Shown piece after piece: positions 30,412 to 39,606 of a stretch of DNA of 64,000 nucleotides. The stretch's first letter is position 1, and each line of letters begins with the position of its first letter. This DNA comes from Nitrospirales bacterium (GTDB taxonomy: Bacteria; Nitrospirota; Nitrospiria; Nitrospirales; UBA8639), in the NCBI GenBank assembly GCA_963555755.3, contig OY820905.2, forward strand, positions 160,001 to 224,000. Reading direction: 5' to 3'. The position numbers and the translations under genes were made by a program. The notes below the pieces were generated by a model. That model did not search any database and was not told where the DNA came from. It worked only from the letters and a program-made list of their open reading frames with translations.

Positions 30412-30756
30412 ATGAGGCAAAGAAAAGTTTTGGTAGGTCTCATGATCGCGTGTTTTTTTCTTGTCGGAACGAGTTCGGCTATGGCGGCTTTGTGGGACCG
30501 ACATTGTCAAGTCGCGATCGAAGATTTGCAAAGATTGCAGCAAGAGATTGCGGTTAAAAAACAGGAAATTGATGCAGTGCGAGTGGTAAAAGCGATTCCT
30601 TCAAATTTCGTGTCTGGTCAATTGCAGGAGTCAATCGATACCTATAATGATGGGTCTCAAGCGGTGAATGAGCTGAAATTCCTTTTTCAGAATGTAGAAT
30701 TTGCCGTTGCTGAGTTTTCACGATCCTGCCTCAAGAGTCATAGGGTTTCCCAATGA
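30412..30756 (+). CDS. Exported hypothetical protein
   Basis: AAGGAG RBS, signal peptide ending AMA, two Cys. Confidence 0.65.
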   Translation: MRQRKVLVGLMIACFFLVGTSSAMAALWDRHCQVAIEDLQRLQQEIAVKKQEIDAVRVVKAIPSNFVSGQLQESIDTYNDGSQAVNELKFLFQNVEFAVAEFSRSCLKSHRVSQ

Positions 30757-30820
30757 CGGCAACAATCAAAAGATATTTTCACCCCATGATTCCTTCAATC
30801 ATGGAAATGAGGGTCAGGAA

Positions 30821-31063
30821 ATGAATCATCTCCGCGTTCATGCTATGGTCGAGGAAATGGTCAAGTCGATCCTGAATTCCCAGCACGGCTTTGTGCATGT
30901 GGGGAATGTATGGATGGAATGGGATGGGGAAAGGCTAACGTGGGACACCCCATTGTCTGAGTGGAATGTTAATGCGGTTTGGCAGTCGCTTATGCAACGT
31001 GCCACACAGCACCCTGATGTTGAACGTATTGCGAGTTGTGCCCATAACCTTGCAAATTTATAA
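30821..31063 (+). CDS. Small hypothetical protein
   Basis: 80 aa ORF co-oriented with its neighbours. Confidence 0.5.
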   Translation: MNHLRVHAMVEEMVKSILNSQHGFVHVGNVWMEWDGERLTWDTPLSEWNVNAVWQSLMQRATQHPDVERIASCAHNLANL

Positions 31064-31165
31064 GGAATGCGCCCAGACTGGTTAGGATACCAATGGCAAA
31101 AGACCAAATAGAGATGAGAAGATCGTAGATTCTTTGGCTATTTTTCAAATGTAAGAAGTGTATTC

Positions 31166-31330
31166 ATGGTAAATGGAACTCCAAATCCAATATGTGAACG
31201 GTGCCAGGGCACGCTGGCTTCTGATCAAGAAGTCGACTTGCTGACAGGCATGACCTTAGTGGTGTATCGTTGCATTAATTGCGGGCGACGAACCCGATTA
31301 GAAAAGGAACCCCAATATGTTAGTATATAA
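31166..31330 (+). CDS. 54-aa zinc-ribbon protein (below ORF-track cutoff)
   Basis: MVNGTPNPICERCQG...YRCINCGRR: two CxxC motifs. Confidence 0.65.
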   Translation: MVNGTPNPICERCQGTLASDQEVDLLTGMTLVVYRCINCGRRTRLEKEPQYVSI

Positions 31331-31495
31331 CTCGTACAGCTCACATTGCCCTTGCCCTTGAGGGGAGATTTGCTGGTGCGCCAAGCTTATTCCTCCGAAG
31401 TGGCTACGAAGCCCGGGAGTGCTGAGGCGACGGTGTGGTGGAGGGGCTAGTTCTTAAAGGAATGGCGAAACGGCGTTCGGTGGCCGATAAACTTC

Positions 31496-31523
31496 TAAAG
31501 AATTCATGTTTTCTCACCGATAA
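31496..31523 (+). promoter_or_regulatory. Possible sigma28 promoter
   Basis: TAAA-N16-ACCGATAA upstream of the sORF at 31572. Confidence 0.4.
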
Positions 31524-31571
31524 ATAGTAGTAGAGGCTCGCTGCCCTGTAAGCCTTGAGGCGGGGAGGAAG

Positions 31572-31700
31572 ATGACTAGTAAACTCATCTTTGTTGTCGT
31601 GGTTGTGTGCATGGCTTTTGTCGTTGGAGTCCTTGCGTGCTTTGGTTGGATGCATGGCCACGCATGGTGGCGCCGCAGGGAACACTACGGCAACCCCTAA
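31572..31700 (+). CDS. 42-aa single-pass membrane peptide
   Basis: GGGGAGGA RBS; MTSKLIFVVVVVCMAFVVGVLACFGWMHGHAWWRRREHYGNP. Confidence 0.55.
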   Translation: MTSKLIFVVVVVCMAFVVGVLACFGWMHGHAWWRRREHYGNP

Positions 31701-32129
31701 TCAGATCAGTGCTCTCCCCTCGTGTGATTCGATTATCCTATCCCTCTCACACTTGTCCCTTCTGAATATTCATCCATCGCATTCAAATGACCATCGAGTA
31801 TTCCTGCCGTTCGTCGGGAATATCCGTGATGCCCGTCAACAGACCACAGGGAATGCCCTAATCTTTCCCTTATTTGAGGGTTCTTTGCCTCGTCCTTCTG
31901 GTTTATCATTTTTGTGGCGAGATTTGCGAGGATGAGTTTCTGTGGGGGGCTTGAAGGGTGAGAGACTGTTTTGCACGGCCATTTTGAGGAAAATATTCAT
32001 GGGCACCAAGATTGCCTGCGTTATTAGAGAAATATTCAAGTTTTCCTTCAGGTATTTCAATGCGGAAGAATTATTGGATAGGGAAGGCAAATCCTCAACG
32101 TAACCTAGTGTGAGTACGTGCCTGAAAAA

Positions 32130-32205
32130 TGGAGCTGGCGAGAGGAATCGAACCTCCAACCTGTGGTTTACAAAACCACTGCTCTGCCGATTGAGCTACG
32201 CCAGC
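32130..32205 (-). tRNA. tRNA-Thr(TGT)
   Basis: 76-nt cloverleaf: acceptor GCTGGCG/CGCCAGC, anticodon loop TTTGTAA, GGTTCGATTCC, encoded CCA. Confidence 0.97.
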
Positions 32206-33191
32206 CCGCTACAAAAAAAGAATCATATCATAGAGGAAAGGGCTGGTACAGTCGATGAGGAAATTCAATAATCGGATCATTCTTGAGGATTTTTTTTCTC
32301 TTTTAAGAAGGCTGGTCAATCCATGGTGATAAGAACTTTGAGCGTTCCACGTGTGGTTGCGCATTCCATGGCGTCTATTCCACGGTCGAGTGTATATCGA
32401 GCGTGGATGAGTGGTTCAACACTGACCTGGGTGTGTTGAAGGAGTTCTATGGCTTGGGGGAACAGCCCACAACGGGAACCCACCAGATTTATTTCGTGCA
32501 CCACTAAGAAGGTGAAGTCGAATGTGGTTTGCCCATGGTAGGTGGACTTCAGCACAATGGTGCCTCGTGGACGAACGAGTTGGCTGGCTAATTTGAGTCC
32601 ATCTGGGGTGCCGGTGGCTTCGATCACGGTATCCACGTCTGGTGAAATATTTGCAGCCTGGATGGTGGTGTGAATGCCTTGCTGTGTGAGCAAGGCTAAT
32701 TTTTCCGGATGGTGGCCGATGACACTGAGTTCGCATTGCGTGGGCTGTAACACTTGCGCACAGAGTAGGCCCAGCTTTCCATCGCCAATGACGACGACTC
32801 GATCAGTTGAGGCAATGGGTACTTGTGTGAGGATTTGGCAGGCTGCCGCTAGTGGCTCGATGAACACAGCCTGATCATTAGAGATCTCTTCTGGCAAGGG
32901 ATTCAGATTTTCGACGGGAAGGCACAGGTAGTCCGCGAAGGCCCCCATCCCGTCGGTCAATTCCCAGTGTGGTTCGGTTAGGACAGTGGGTGAGGCGCCC
33001 GGCCTGGCATGTTGGGCAGGTTCGGCAGGTGGCATTGATTTCTCCTACCACTCTTTTCCCCGTGAGGTGTTCATGTCCCATGGCTTGTTCAACCTAGACA
33101 TTATGTATTGACCTGCCCAATCTTCAGGCACGTGGGGTAAGCTACGGGGGAATCACCCGGAGTTTACAACCACCATGAAGGAGGACAGGGC

Positions 33192-34316
33192 ATGAACCAG
33201 TTTCACAAGTTTGTTGGGTTGGACACACACAAGGACACGATTGCGGTGGCGGTGAGTGAGGCGAATGGGGGGCCCACCCGGTACTATGGTGAAATTTCAA
33301 ACACGCCCAAGGCGCTGGCCAAGTTGGTCAAGACCCTGACCGCCCAAGGGGACGCGGTGTCATTTTGTTATGAGGCCGGCCCGTGTGGCTATGGGATCTA
33401 TCGACAACTCACGGCGTTGGGCCAGGCTTGCGCGGTGGTGGCGCCGTCCCTGATCCCCACGAAACCGGGCGACCGAGTGAAGACGGATCGGCGCGACAGT
33501 GAATCGCTGTCCCGGTTGCATCGGGCAGGCGAGCTCACAGCCGTCTGGGTGCCGGATCAGGAGCAGGAAGCGATGCGGGATCTCACGCGAGCGCGGGAAG
33601 ATATGAAAGGGCTGGAACGGATCACCAAACAACGGCTCAATGCGTTTCTGCTTCGGCATGGCCGCAACTATGATCGGGGAAAATGTCGTTGGACCCAGGC
33701 GCATAGCCGCTGGTTGGCAGGCCTGAAGTTTGAGAACACGGTGCAACAGATTGTCTTTCAAGAATATATAGAGGCGGTGAAGCAGGCCGCAGGCCGCGTG
33801 TCCGGGTTGGAACACGAGATGGCGCAAGCGCTAAAGACCTGGGAGCTGGCCCCAATGGTCGAGGCCCTGATGGCCCTGCGCGGGGTGAAGCTGATCACCG
33901 CCATGACCGTGCTGGCAGAACTGGGGGACCTCAGTCGTTTTACCTCCCCGTCGCAACTGATGGCCTATCTGGGGCTGGTGCCTCGTGAACACTCCAGTGG
34001 CCAGACCCGGCGGCGCGGCGGGATCACCAAGACGGGTAACGGCCATGTGCGGCGGGTGCTGGTCGAAGCCGCCTGGGGATACCGGTTCCCGGCTCGTAAG
34101 ACTGCGCATCTGCAACGGCGGGCCACACAGACGTCCGCAGCCGTGCAGGCCATCGCCTGGAAAGCCCAGAAGCGATTGTGCGGGCGCTATCGGCATCTGC
34201 TGGCGGCCGGGAAACTCACGGTGCAGGCTTGTACGGCTGTGGCCCGGGAGTTGGCGGGGTTTATCTGGGCGATTGCGTGTGAAGTCCTGAACCAACCGGC
34301 TGTGAACACTCGGTAA
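33192..34316 (+). CDS. IS110 DEDD recombinase/transposase
   Basis: GLDTHK, YEAG, KTDRRD (DEDD), GLVPREHSSG catalytic Ser region. Confidence 0.96.
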   Translation: MNQFHKFVGLDTHKDTIAVAVSEANGGPTRYYGEISNTPKALAKLVKTLTAQGDAVSFCYEAGPCGYGIYRQLTALGQACAVVAPSLIPTKPGDRVKTDRRDSESLSRLHRAGELTAVWVPDQEQEAMRDLTRAREDMKGLERITKQRLNAFLLRHGRNYDRGKCRWTQAHSRWLAGLKFENTVQQIVFQEYIEAVKQAAGRVSGLEHEMAQALKTWELAPMVEALMALRGVKLITAMTVLAELGDLSRFTSPSQLMAYLGLVPREHSSGQTRRRGGITKTGNGHVRRVLVEAAWGYRFPARKTAHLQRRATQTSAAVQAIAWKAQKRLCGRYRHLLAAGKLTVQACTAVARELAGFIWAIACEVLNQPAVNTR

Positions 34317-34361
34317 GACCTGAGCGAACTGACTGGTTAGCACCACCATGCACACAAGGAA

Positions 34362-34573
34362 TATCCAGCCAGTCTTTGGGCCAGGGCAGGGGCGGCCGGT
34401 GGGAGAATCCTCGGCGTTTCTATGAGGCGCTCAACAGAACTGAGACGACCCTCGATCCTAGAGAGAGGCAGCTCCACGACGAAGAGAGGTCAGGCGGTGT
34501 CGACCCGCGTATATCAGAGTGATCCACCGTCGTTGATTGCCACCCCTGCCCTGTGCCAAGGACTGGCTGGATA
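34362..34573 (+). ncRNA. Predicted bridge/seek RNA of the IS110 element
   Basis: Long closing stem (34362-34396 with 34539-34573) enclosing two stem-internal loop-stem domains whose loops match target and donor sequences. Confidence 0.85.
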
Positions 34574-34983
34574 AAGCCAGAACGGATGCGACATTGAACA
34601 CTTGATTACCAATAGTTGACAGGTCAATACATATCAGAAACGGCAGTTGGGCGCAAAAAAGCCGTGTAAGCTATTGGTGTGCATGGTGAAATAAAAAAAG
34701 TCGTAGTCACCTTCGTGGTGATGAGACATTTTTTTATTTTGCCAGGTGCGCCAATAGCTTGCGCGGACTTTTGTGATCCAACTGCCGTTTCTAGGTTCAA
34801 CTGTGCCCACGAACTCATGTCCTAACGTGCCACGAAAATCCCTGTAGCCTTTTACCAACTGAATGTCTGTGGCGCACACGCCGGCTTGGTGTACACGAAC
34901 GAGGGCCTCTCCAGGCGGAGCGTTGGGCTTGCTGTATTTGGCTTCCAATCGGAGGGATGGGTCGAGTCGTACTGCTCTCATGT

Positions 34984-35124
34984 GGGCACCTCTAAAAACC
35001 GTCCTTTTCTGTGATGGCGGCGTCAGCCGCGTGCTCAAATCCTTATGTATTCGCCCATACACTCCGGTTTTCCGCGCGCGGCTTCCTTGCCCTCACAAAA
35101 AATGCCTGGTTTTTAGAGGTGCCC
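34984..35124. mobile_element. MITE family E (141 bp), single copy here
   Basis: Perfect 17-bp TIR GGGCACCTCTAAAAACC; 4-bp TSD ATGT overlapping the ADH start codon. Confidence 0.85.
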
Positions 35125-35350
35125 ATGTTATGGAGATGTCATGTTCGCGCATGTTGTAGGGAGTTGGTGATCAATATTCCAAGCTTCGGTTCTCTGTTCA
35201 TAAAAGCAAGAGTTGGTCTGTTTTATGATCCAATGCTCACAAAAAGGCAATGCCTGTTTTCTTGTAACTCCAGGTTTTAGTTGTCGGCGTCGATATAGGA
35301 CTTAGGGGGTTTAGAAACTAAATCAGGGATTTCTACAAAGGAACGTCCTT

Positions 35351-35719
35351 ATGGTCTCCGGAATTTACAACTCAATTTACAACTCGTTGTCCGGTTTGAC
35401 TGCTGTTCAAACAAGAATTACGACGGCAGCTCATAACACGGCCAATGCCAATACCTATGGTTTTAAGAAACATCGCGCGTTGCACCAAGAGGTGCAACCT
35501 CAAGGGGGAGTGACGACCACTATTGAACAAGTGGATACTCCCGGTCCCGTCGTCTTTCGCGAAACGGAAAATGGTTTGATAGCCGTTGAACAATCCAATG
35601 TAGATTTAGGAGAGGAAGCTGTCAATCTCCTGCTTGGAAAAAGAATCTTTGAAGCCAACGCGAGAGCATTGGGAATTCAAATCAAAACGTTAGGCAATGT
35701 GTTAGATATTATTGAATAG
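35351..35719 (+). CDS. Small flagellar basal-body rod/hook-family protein
   Basis: SGL...AHNTANANTYGFK and SNVDLGEE..L....FEAN termini; weak sigma28-like CCAGGTTT-N11-GTCGATAT at 35270-35296. Confidence 0.85.
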   Translation: MVSGIYNSIYNSLSGLTAVQTRITTAAHNTANANTYGFKKHRALHQEVQPQGGVTTTIEQVDTPGPVVFRETENGLIAVEQSNVDLGEEAVNLLLGKRIFEANARALGIQIKTLGNVLDIIE

Positions 35720-35973
35720 CTTCGAGTTTCCGACACGATTTCCCTTCAATTTTTCGTGCCTCCTTATCTTCTTTTCCATTTTCCATAGCTGTTTAACCTG
35801 GCTTGAGCCTTTGAAGTCCTGAGGGTATTTCCCTCTCTCTTTCTTCTGTTTCCCGCCTTTCGCTTTACGCATCACGCTTCACGAATTTGTTTAACTCTTT
35901 TCATCTGCGGTTCCCCAAAGGACCTTGGACGCCTGTAAGCCCATACCGCTACTCGCGTGAGTGTAGATCCTTT

Positions 35974-36130
35974 GGGTTCGCGCAAGAATAACTTCCCCTG
36001 TTTGGGCGTCGATCCATCCCGTCTGGCGGCGTTGCTCGTCCTTTCCATACGAGGAGTATGCGCAGTCCTCGCGCCTTGCCAGACAGGTGTCTCCGCACCC
36101 AAACAGGGGAAGTTATTTTTGCACGAACCC
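35974..36130. mobile_element. MITE family A
   Basis: Near-identical to 25042-25199. Confidence 0.9.
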
Positions 36131-36364
36131 TTGGACTCGTGTTCTTGCCCAGGTTAGTGCAACTATGCGAAAGTCTAGGCGAAATGCTTGAATAGTGGTG
36201 AGCGGGGTTCTCTTTGAAGAGATTGAAGAATATAGTGTAGAATCCACTCAAGTTGTGTAGTGTGACGTCGGGCTTCAACAGATACGTGGACCATTTCATT
36301 TCTAATTTTCTTAGACCATCAGGACTGATCGGTCTAAGTCCCTCACTTTAAAGGATAATTTCTT

Positions 36365-37849
36365 ATGATCACGAAAACCTTTCAGGGATGTGTCAAAGGC
36401 AAATGCTTCGGCATGTTGACCGCAATCGCCATCGCAGGATGTTTTGGCAGTGTTGATTTCATCTCTCCATCCCAGGCGAGTGGAACGGTGCCGGAGGCCT
36501 TTACTCGCGGCTTTTCGGAAATTGTTGAAAGGGTCCAGCCTGCTGTGGTGAATGTGTCGGTGAGGGGTCGAGAAGCCCCAGGGCTTCGACGGTTACCACC
36601 TGGCCCATTTGGTGGCCCTCCCGGTGGTGGTCCCCCGATGCCAGGCCCTCCAGGCCGACCCCCTGGACCTCCAGGGCAGAGTGCCGGATCGGGCGTGATC
36701 ATCAGCCCTGAAGGCTATATTGTGACCAATAATCATGTGGTGGAAGATGCGAACAAGATCACGGTCACTACATTTTCCGGGAAGGAATATACCGGAAAAA
36801 TCATTGGGACTGATCCGAAAACCGATTTAGCCGTCATAAAAATTGAAGGTGACAATTTGCCCTTCGTGTCATGGAGTTCCAGTGAAACCCTCAAGGTGGG
36901 CAATTTGGTCTTGGCTGTGGGAAGTCCATTTGGGTTGAAGTCCTCGGTCACGATGGGAATCATCAGTGCCTTAGGACGTGGTAACGTCGGTATCACGGAG
37001 TATGAAGATTTTATCCAGACGGATGCCCCGATCAACCCAGGAAACTCGGGTGGTCCACTGATCAATATGAATGGTGAAATCGTTGGGATCAACACGGCGA
37101 TTTTCTCGCGAACGGGTGGGTCGGAAGGCATTGGATTCGCGATCCCCGTGGATATTGTGAAAGACATTACCAATAGTTTGATCCAAACCGGGAGTGTCGT
37201 GCGGGGTTGGATGGGAATTGCCATTCAGGAAATGACTCCGGCGTTAGCCCAATCGTTTCAACTGCCGGATGTTTATCAAGGTGGTGTGCTGATTAGCGAA
37301 GTGCATGAGAACGGTCCTTCGGCGAAAAGTGGCCTGAAGCGTGGAGACGTGATTCTTGAATATCGTGGGGAGAAACTCAAAGATGTCAATCACCTGCGCC
37401 ATATTGTGGCCCGAACGCGAGTTGGTGATGGTGTCGAAGTCAAAGTGCTGAGAGATGGGGTAGAGAAAACCTTGACGGTGCATGTGGGGGAACGCCCTTC
37501 CGATGACATCCTGGCCAGAAATGGAGGATCCACACCTCTCCCCAAAGTTGACAAATTGGATAATGTGCTCGCCGGATTAACGGTGGAAGCTCTTACCGCT
37601 GAATTGAAAAAGCAGCTTAAACTCCCAGAGGAGACGGCGGGAGTGGTGGTCAAGGACGTCCAGGCTGATAGTGCTGCGGCTGAGGCGGGATTACAGCAAG
37701 GCGATGTGATTCAGGAAATTAATCGTGACGTGATTACGAGTCTCGCGGATTATCAAAACATCGCTTCAAAAATTGAGAAGGAATCATTGGTCGTGTTGTT
37801 GTTGAGCCGGCGAGGAAATAATTTGTTTGTGGCGGTGAATCCTAAGTAA
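36365..37849 (+). CDS. degP: DegP/HtrA (Do family) serine protease
   Basis: TNNHV, TDLAV, INPGNSGGP, two PDZ domains. Confidence 0.93.
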   Translation: MITKTFQGCVKGKCFGMLTAIAIAGCFGSVDFISPSQASGTVPEAFTRGFSEIVERVQPAVVNVSVRGREAPGLRRLPPGPFGGPPGGGPPMPGPPGRPPGPPGQSAGSGVIISPEGYIVTNNHVVEDANKITVTTFSGKEYTGKIIGTDPKTDLAVIKIEGDNLPFVSWSSSETLKVGNLVLAVGSPFGLKSSVTMGIISALGRGNVGITEYEDFIQTDAPINPGNSGGPLINMNGEIVGINTAIFSRTGGSEGIGFAIPVDIVKDITNSLIQTGSVVRGWMGIAIQEMTPALAQSFQLPDVYQGGVLISEVHENGPSAKSGLKRGDVILEYRGEKLKDVNHLRHIVARTRVGDGVEVKVLRDGVEKTLTVHVGERPSDDILARNGGSTPLPKVDKLDNVLAGLTVEALTAELKKQLKLPEETAGVVVKDVQADSAAAEAGLQQGDVIQEINRDVITSLADYQNIASKIEKESLVVLLLSRRGNNLFVAVNPK

Positions 37850-37916
37850 GCAAAGTTGGGTTTTATAAGAGATCATGGCCTGTGTGTTGTGCCGTGGGCT
37901 CAAGGATTGTTGGGGT

Positions 37917-38855
37917 ATGGCTGACGTGTCCGGAATTAAGAAGTGGCTTCAAGATACGGTATTTAATCCTCTCGAGGATAAAAAAATGCCGATCATGGAG
38001 CATTTGTTCGAGTTTCAAGCTCGGCTGACCAAAGTCGTCATTGTTGTCGCGCTGTTTTTTGTCGGGACGTTTTTTTATGCCGACACCCTGGTGCAATGGC
38101 TGCGCGTTCCTTTGCAGAACATGTTTATTCCCGGAACTCTTGAATGGGTTCCCACGGACTTGCCGAAAATTCCGTTCGTGTTTTTATCTCCCGCCGAAGC
38201 CCTGTGGCAAAACCTGAAAGTCGCGGCATTATTCGCGCTGGTACTTTGCACCCCGTATCTGTTGTGGGAAACATGGTCATTTATCGTGCCAGGTCTCCAT
38301 TCTCAGGAACGGCGCTTTGTGGCGCCATTTGTGGTCATCAGTGCCCTGGCTTTTTATTTGGGGTTGTCGTTTTGTTTCTATTTTGTCCTGCCCTTTGCCC
38401 TGAATTTTTTGATTTCCTACGGCGTGGCAGCCGGCTTCATTCCTCAAATTTCCATTGCGAGTTATGTGGGTTTCTCCCTGTGGTTTTTAATGGTATTTGG
38501 CCTTATCTTTGAGGTTCCACTTGCCTTGACCCTGATGGCCAAATTAGGGTGGGTTGATGTTCCATTTCTCAAGCGTTATCGAAAGTGGGCGTTCCTTGGC
38601 TCATTCTTGTTTGCGGCTATTTTGACTCCCACTCCTGATCCGTTTAACCAATGCATCATGGCGTTGCCCATGTATTTATTCTATGAAGTCGGGATCATCA
38701 GTGCCGGGTTCTTTAAGAAACGAAAACCCGAAGGGGATGAGTCTGAGACTGAAAAGTCGGCTGATACTCCAAAAAGTGGATCGGGTGCATTGCGTCCCCA
38801 ATCAACTCCCGCTAGTACCGCAGGTGGAGACGACGACTACGTAGGCGTGCCGTAA
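37917..38855 (+). CDS. tatC: Twin-arginine translocase subunit TatC (copy 2)
   Basis: MPIMEHL.E...RL, WSFIVPGL, FEVP, AILTPTPD, FYE. Confidence 0.92.
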   Translation: MADVSGIKKWLQDTVFNPLEDKKMPIMEHLFEFQARLTKVVIVVALFFVGTFFYADTLVQWLRVPLQNMFIPGTLEWVPTDLPKIPFVFLSPAEALWQNLKVAALFALVLCTPYLLWETWSFIVPGLHSQERRFVAPFVVISALAFYLGLSFCFYFVLPFALNFLISYGVAAGFIPQISIASYVGFSLWFLMVFGLIFEVPLALTLMAKLGWVDVPFLKRYRKWAFLGSFLFAAILTPTPDPFNQCIMALPMYLFYEVGIISAGFFKKRKPEGDESETEKSADTPKSGSGALRPQSTPASTAGGDDDYVGVP

Positions 38856-38878
38856 CAGGTGCTAGGGGTTGCAACACC

Positions 38879-39364
38879 ATGATTCAAGCGGCCATCATCG
38901 TTGTGAGCAGTAAGATCCTCAGTGGGGAATCTTCAGATAAGGGCCGTGCTGATCTTGAACAGTACTTGGGTGACAATGAGATCCAGATCGTGGCGTACAA
39001 AATCGTTCCTGATGATCGGAAGGAAATCCGCGAGTGTTTATTGTCGATCTGTTCGACAGTTGCCCCTCAGGTGATTTTAACTTTAGGGGGAACGGGCGTT
39101 CGTCCTAATGATTGGGCGCCAGAAGCCACGCGTGATGTCATTGAAAAAGAGATTCCGGGGATCGCTGAAGTGATGCGCGCCGAGAGTTTGAAGAAAGTCA
39201 AAACCGCGATGTTGTCGCGCGGGACGGCTGGTATCCGGGGATCGACGATTATTGTCAATCTTCCTGGAAGTCCAAAAGGTGCGAGAGAAAATCTCATGAC
39301 CTTTTTACCCATACTCGATCATACAGTTGAAAAAGCGTCGAAGGTGACGCAGCCTATTTCATAG
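38879..39364 (+). CDS. mog: MogA/MoaB molybdopterin adenylyltransferase
   Basis: GGTGVRPND.APEAT, AMLSR, NLPGSP. Confidence 0.9.
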   Translation: MIQAAIIVVSSKILSGESSDKGRADLEQYLGDNEIQIVAYKIVPDDRKEIRECLLSICSTVAPQVILTLGGTGVRPNDWAPEATRDVIEKEIPGIAEVMRAESLKKVKTAMLSRGTAGIRGSTIIVNLPGSPKGARENLMTFLPILDHTVEKASKVTQPIS

Positions 39365-39368
39365 CTAA

Positions 39369-39548
39369 GGACCTGCGAGAAAATAACTTGATCAATATCG
39401 CGCCAAGATTTGGGTCGGATTTGGACGGAACGATTGAGAAACACCCGAGGCATAGCACAGCTATGGTGAGGGTGTTTCGATTGAGGCCCGTTCAAAGATG
39501 GCCCGAAGATTGGATGCGAGATTGATCAAGTTATTCTCTCGCAGGTCC
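39369..39548. mobile_element. MITE family D (180 bp)
   Basis: TIR GGACCTGCGAGA.AATAACTTGATCAAT; TAA TSD. Confidence 0.92.
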
Positions 39549-39606
39549 TAAGGTTCAGTTATTTGGAACGTATTCAGAATAACCCCTTATTCACTATCGG
39601 TCTTGG

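Larger units (their letters stand above)
33099..34638 (+). mobile_element. IS110-family element, IS1111 type (1540 bp)
   Basis: Perfect 14-bp subterminal IR TATGTATTGACCTG (33102-33115 / 34620-34633); AGA shared at both junctions; long 3' non-coding end. Confidence 0.95.
33093..34795. mobile_element. MITE family C interrupted by IS110 (33093-33098 + 34639-34795 = 163 bp)
   Basis: TTCAA TSD at 33088-33092 and 34796-34800; the pieces sum to the length of the intact copies. Confidence 0.92.
32316..34981 (-). pseudogene. Zinc-binding alcohol dehydrogenase, disrupted
   Basis: GVCATD and GHEFVG (34981-34796), CRTCPTC..C (~33030), GDGKLG; split by MITE-C plus IS110; extra G in the run at 32942-32946. 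Confidence 0.92.

Noticed and set aside
32130..32205. tRNA-anchored integrative island
   Set aside because: No duplicated tRNA 3' end or integrase seen in the window
36590..36680. GC-rich quasi-repeat in degP
   Set aside because: It encodes a Pro/Gly-rich linker in the normally variable HtrA loop
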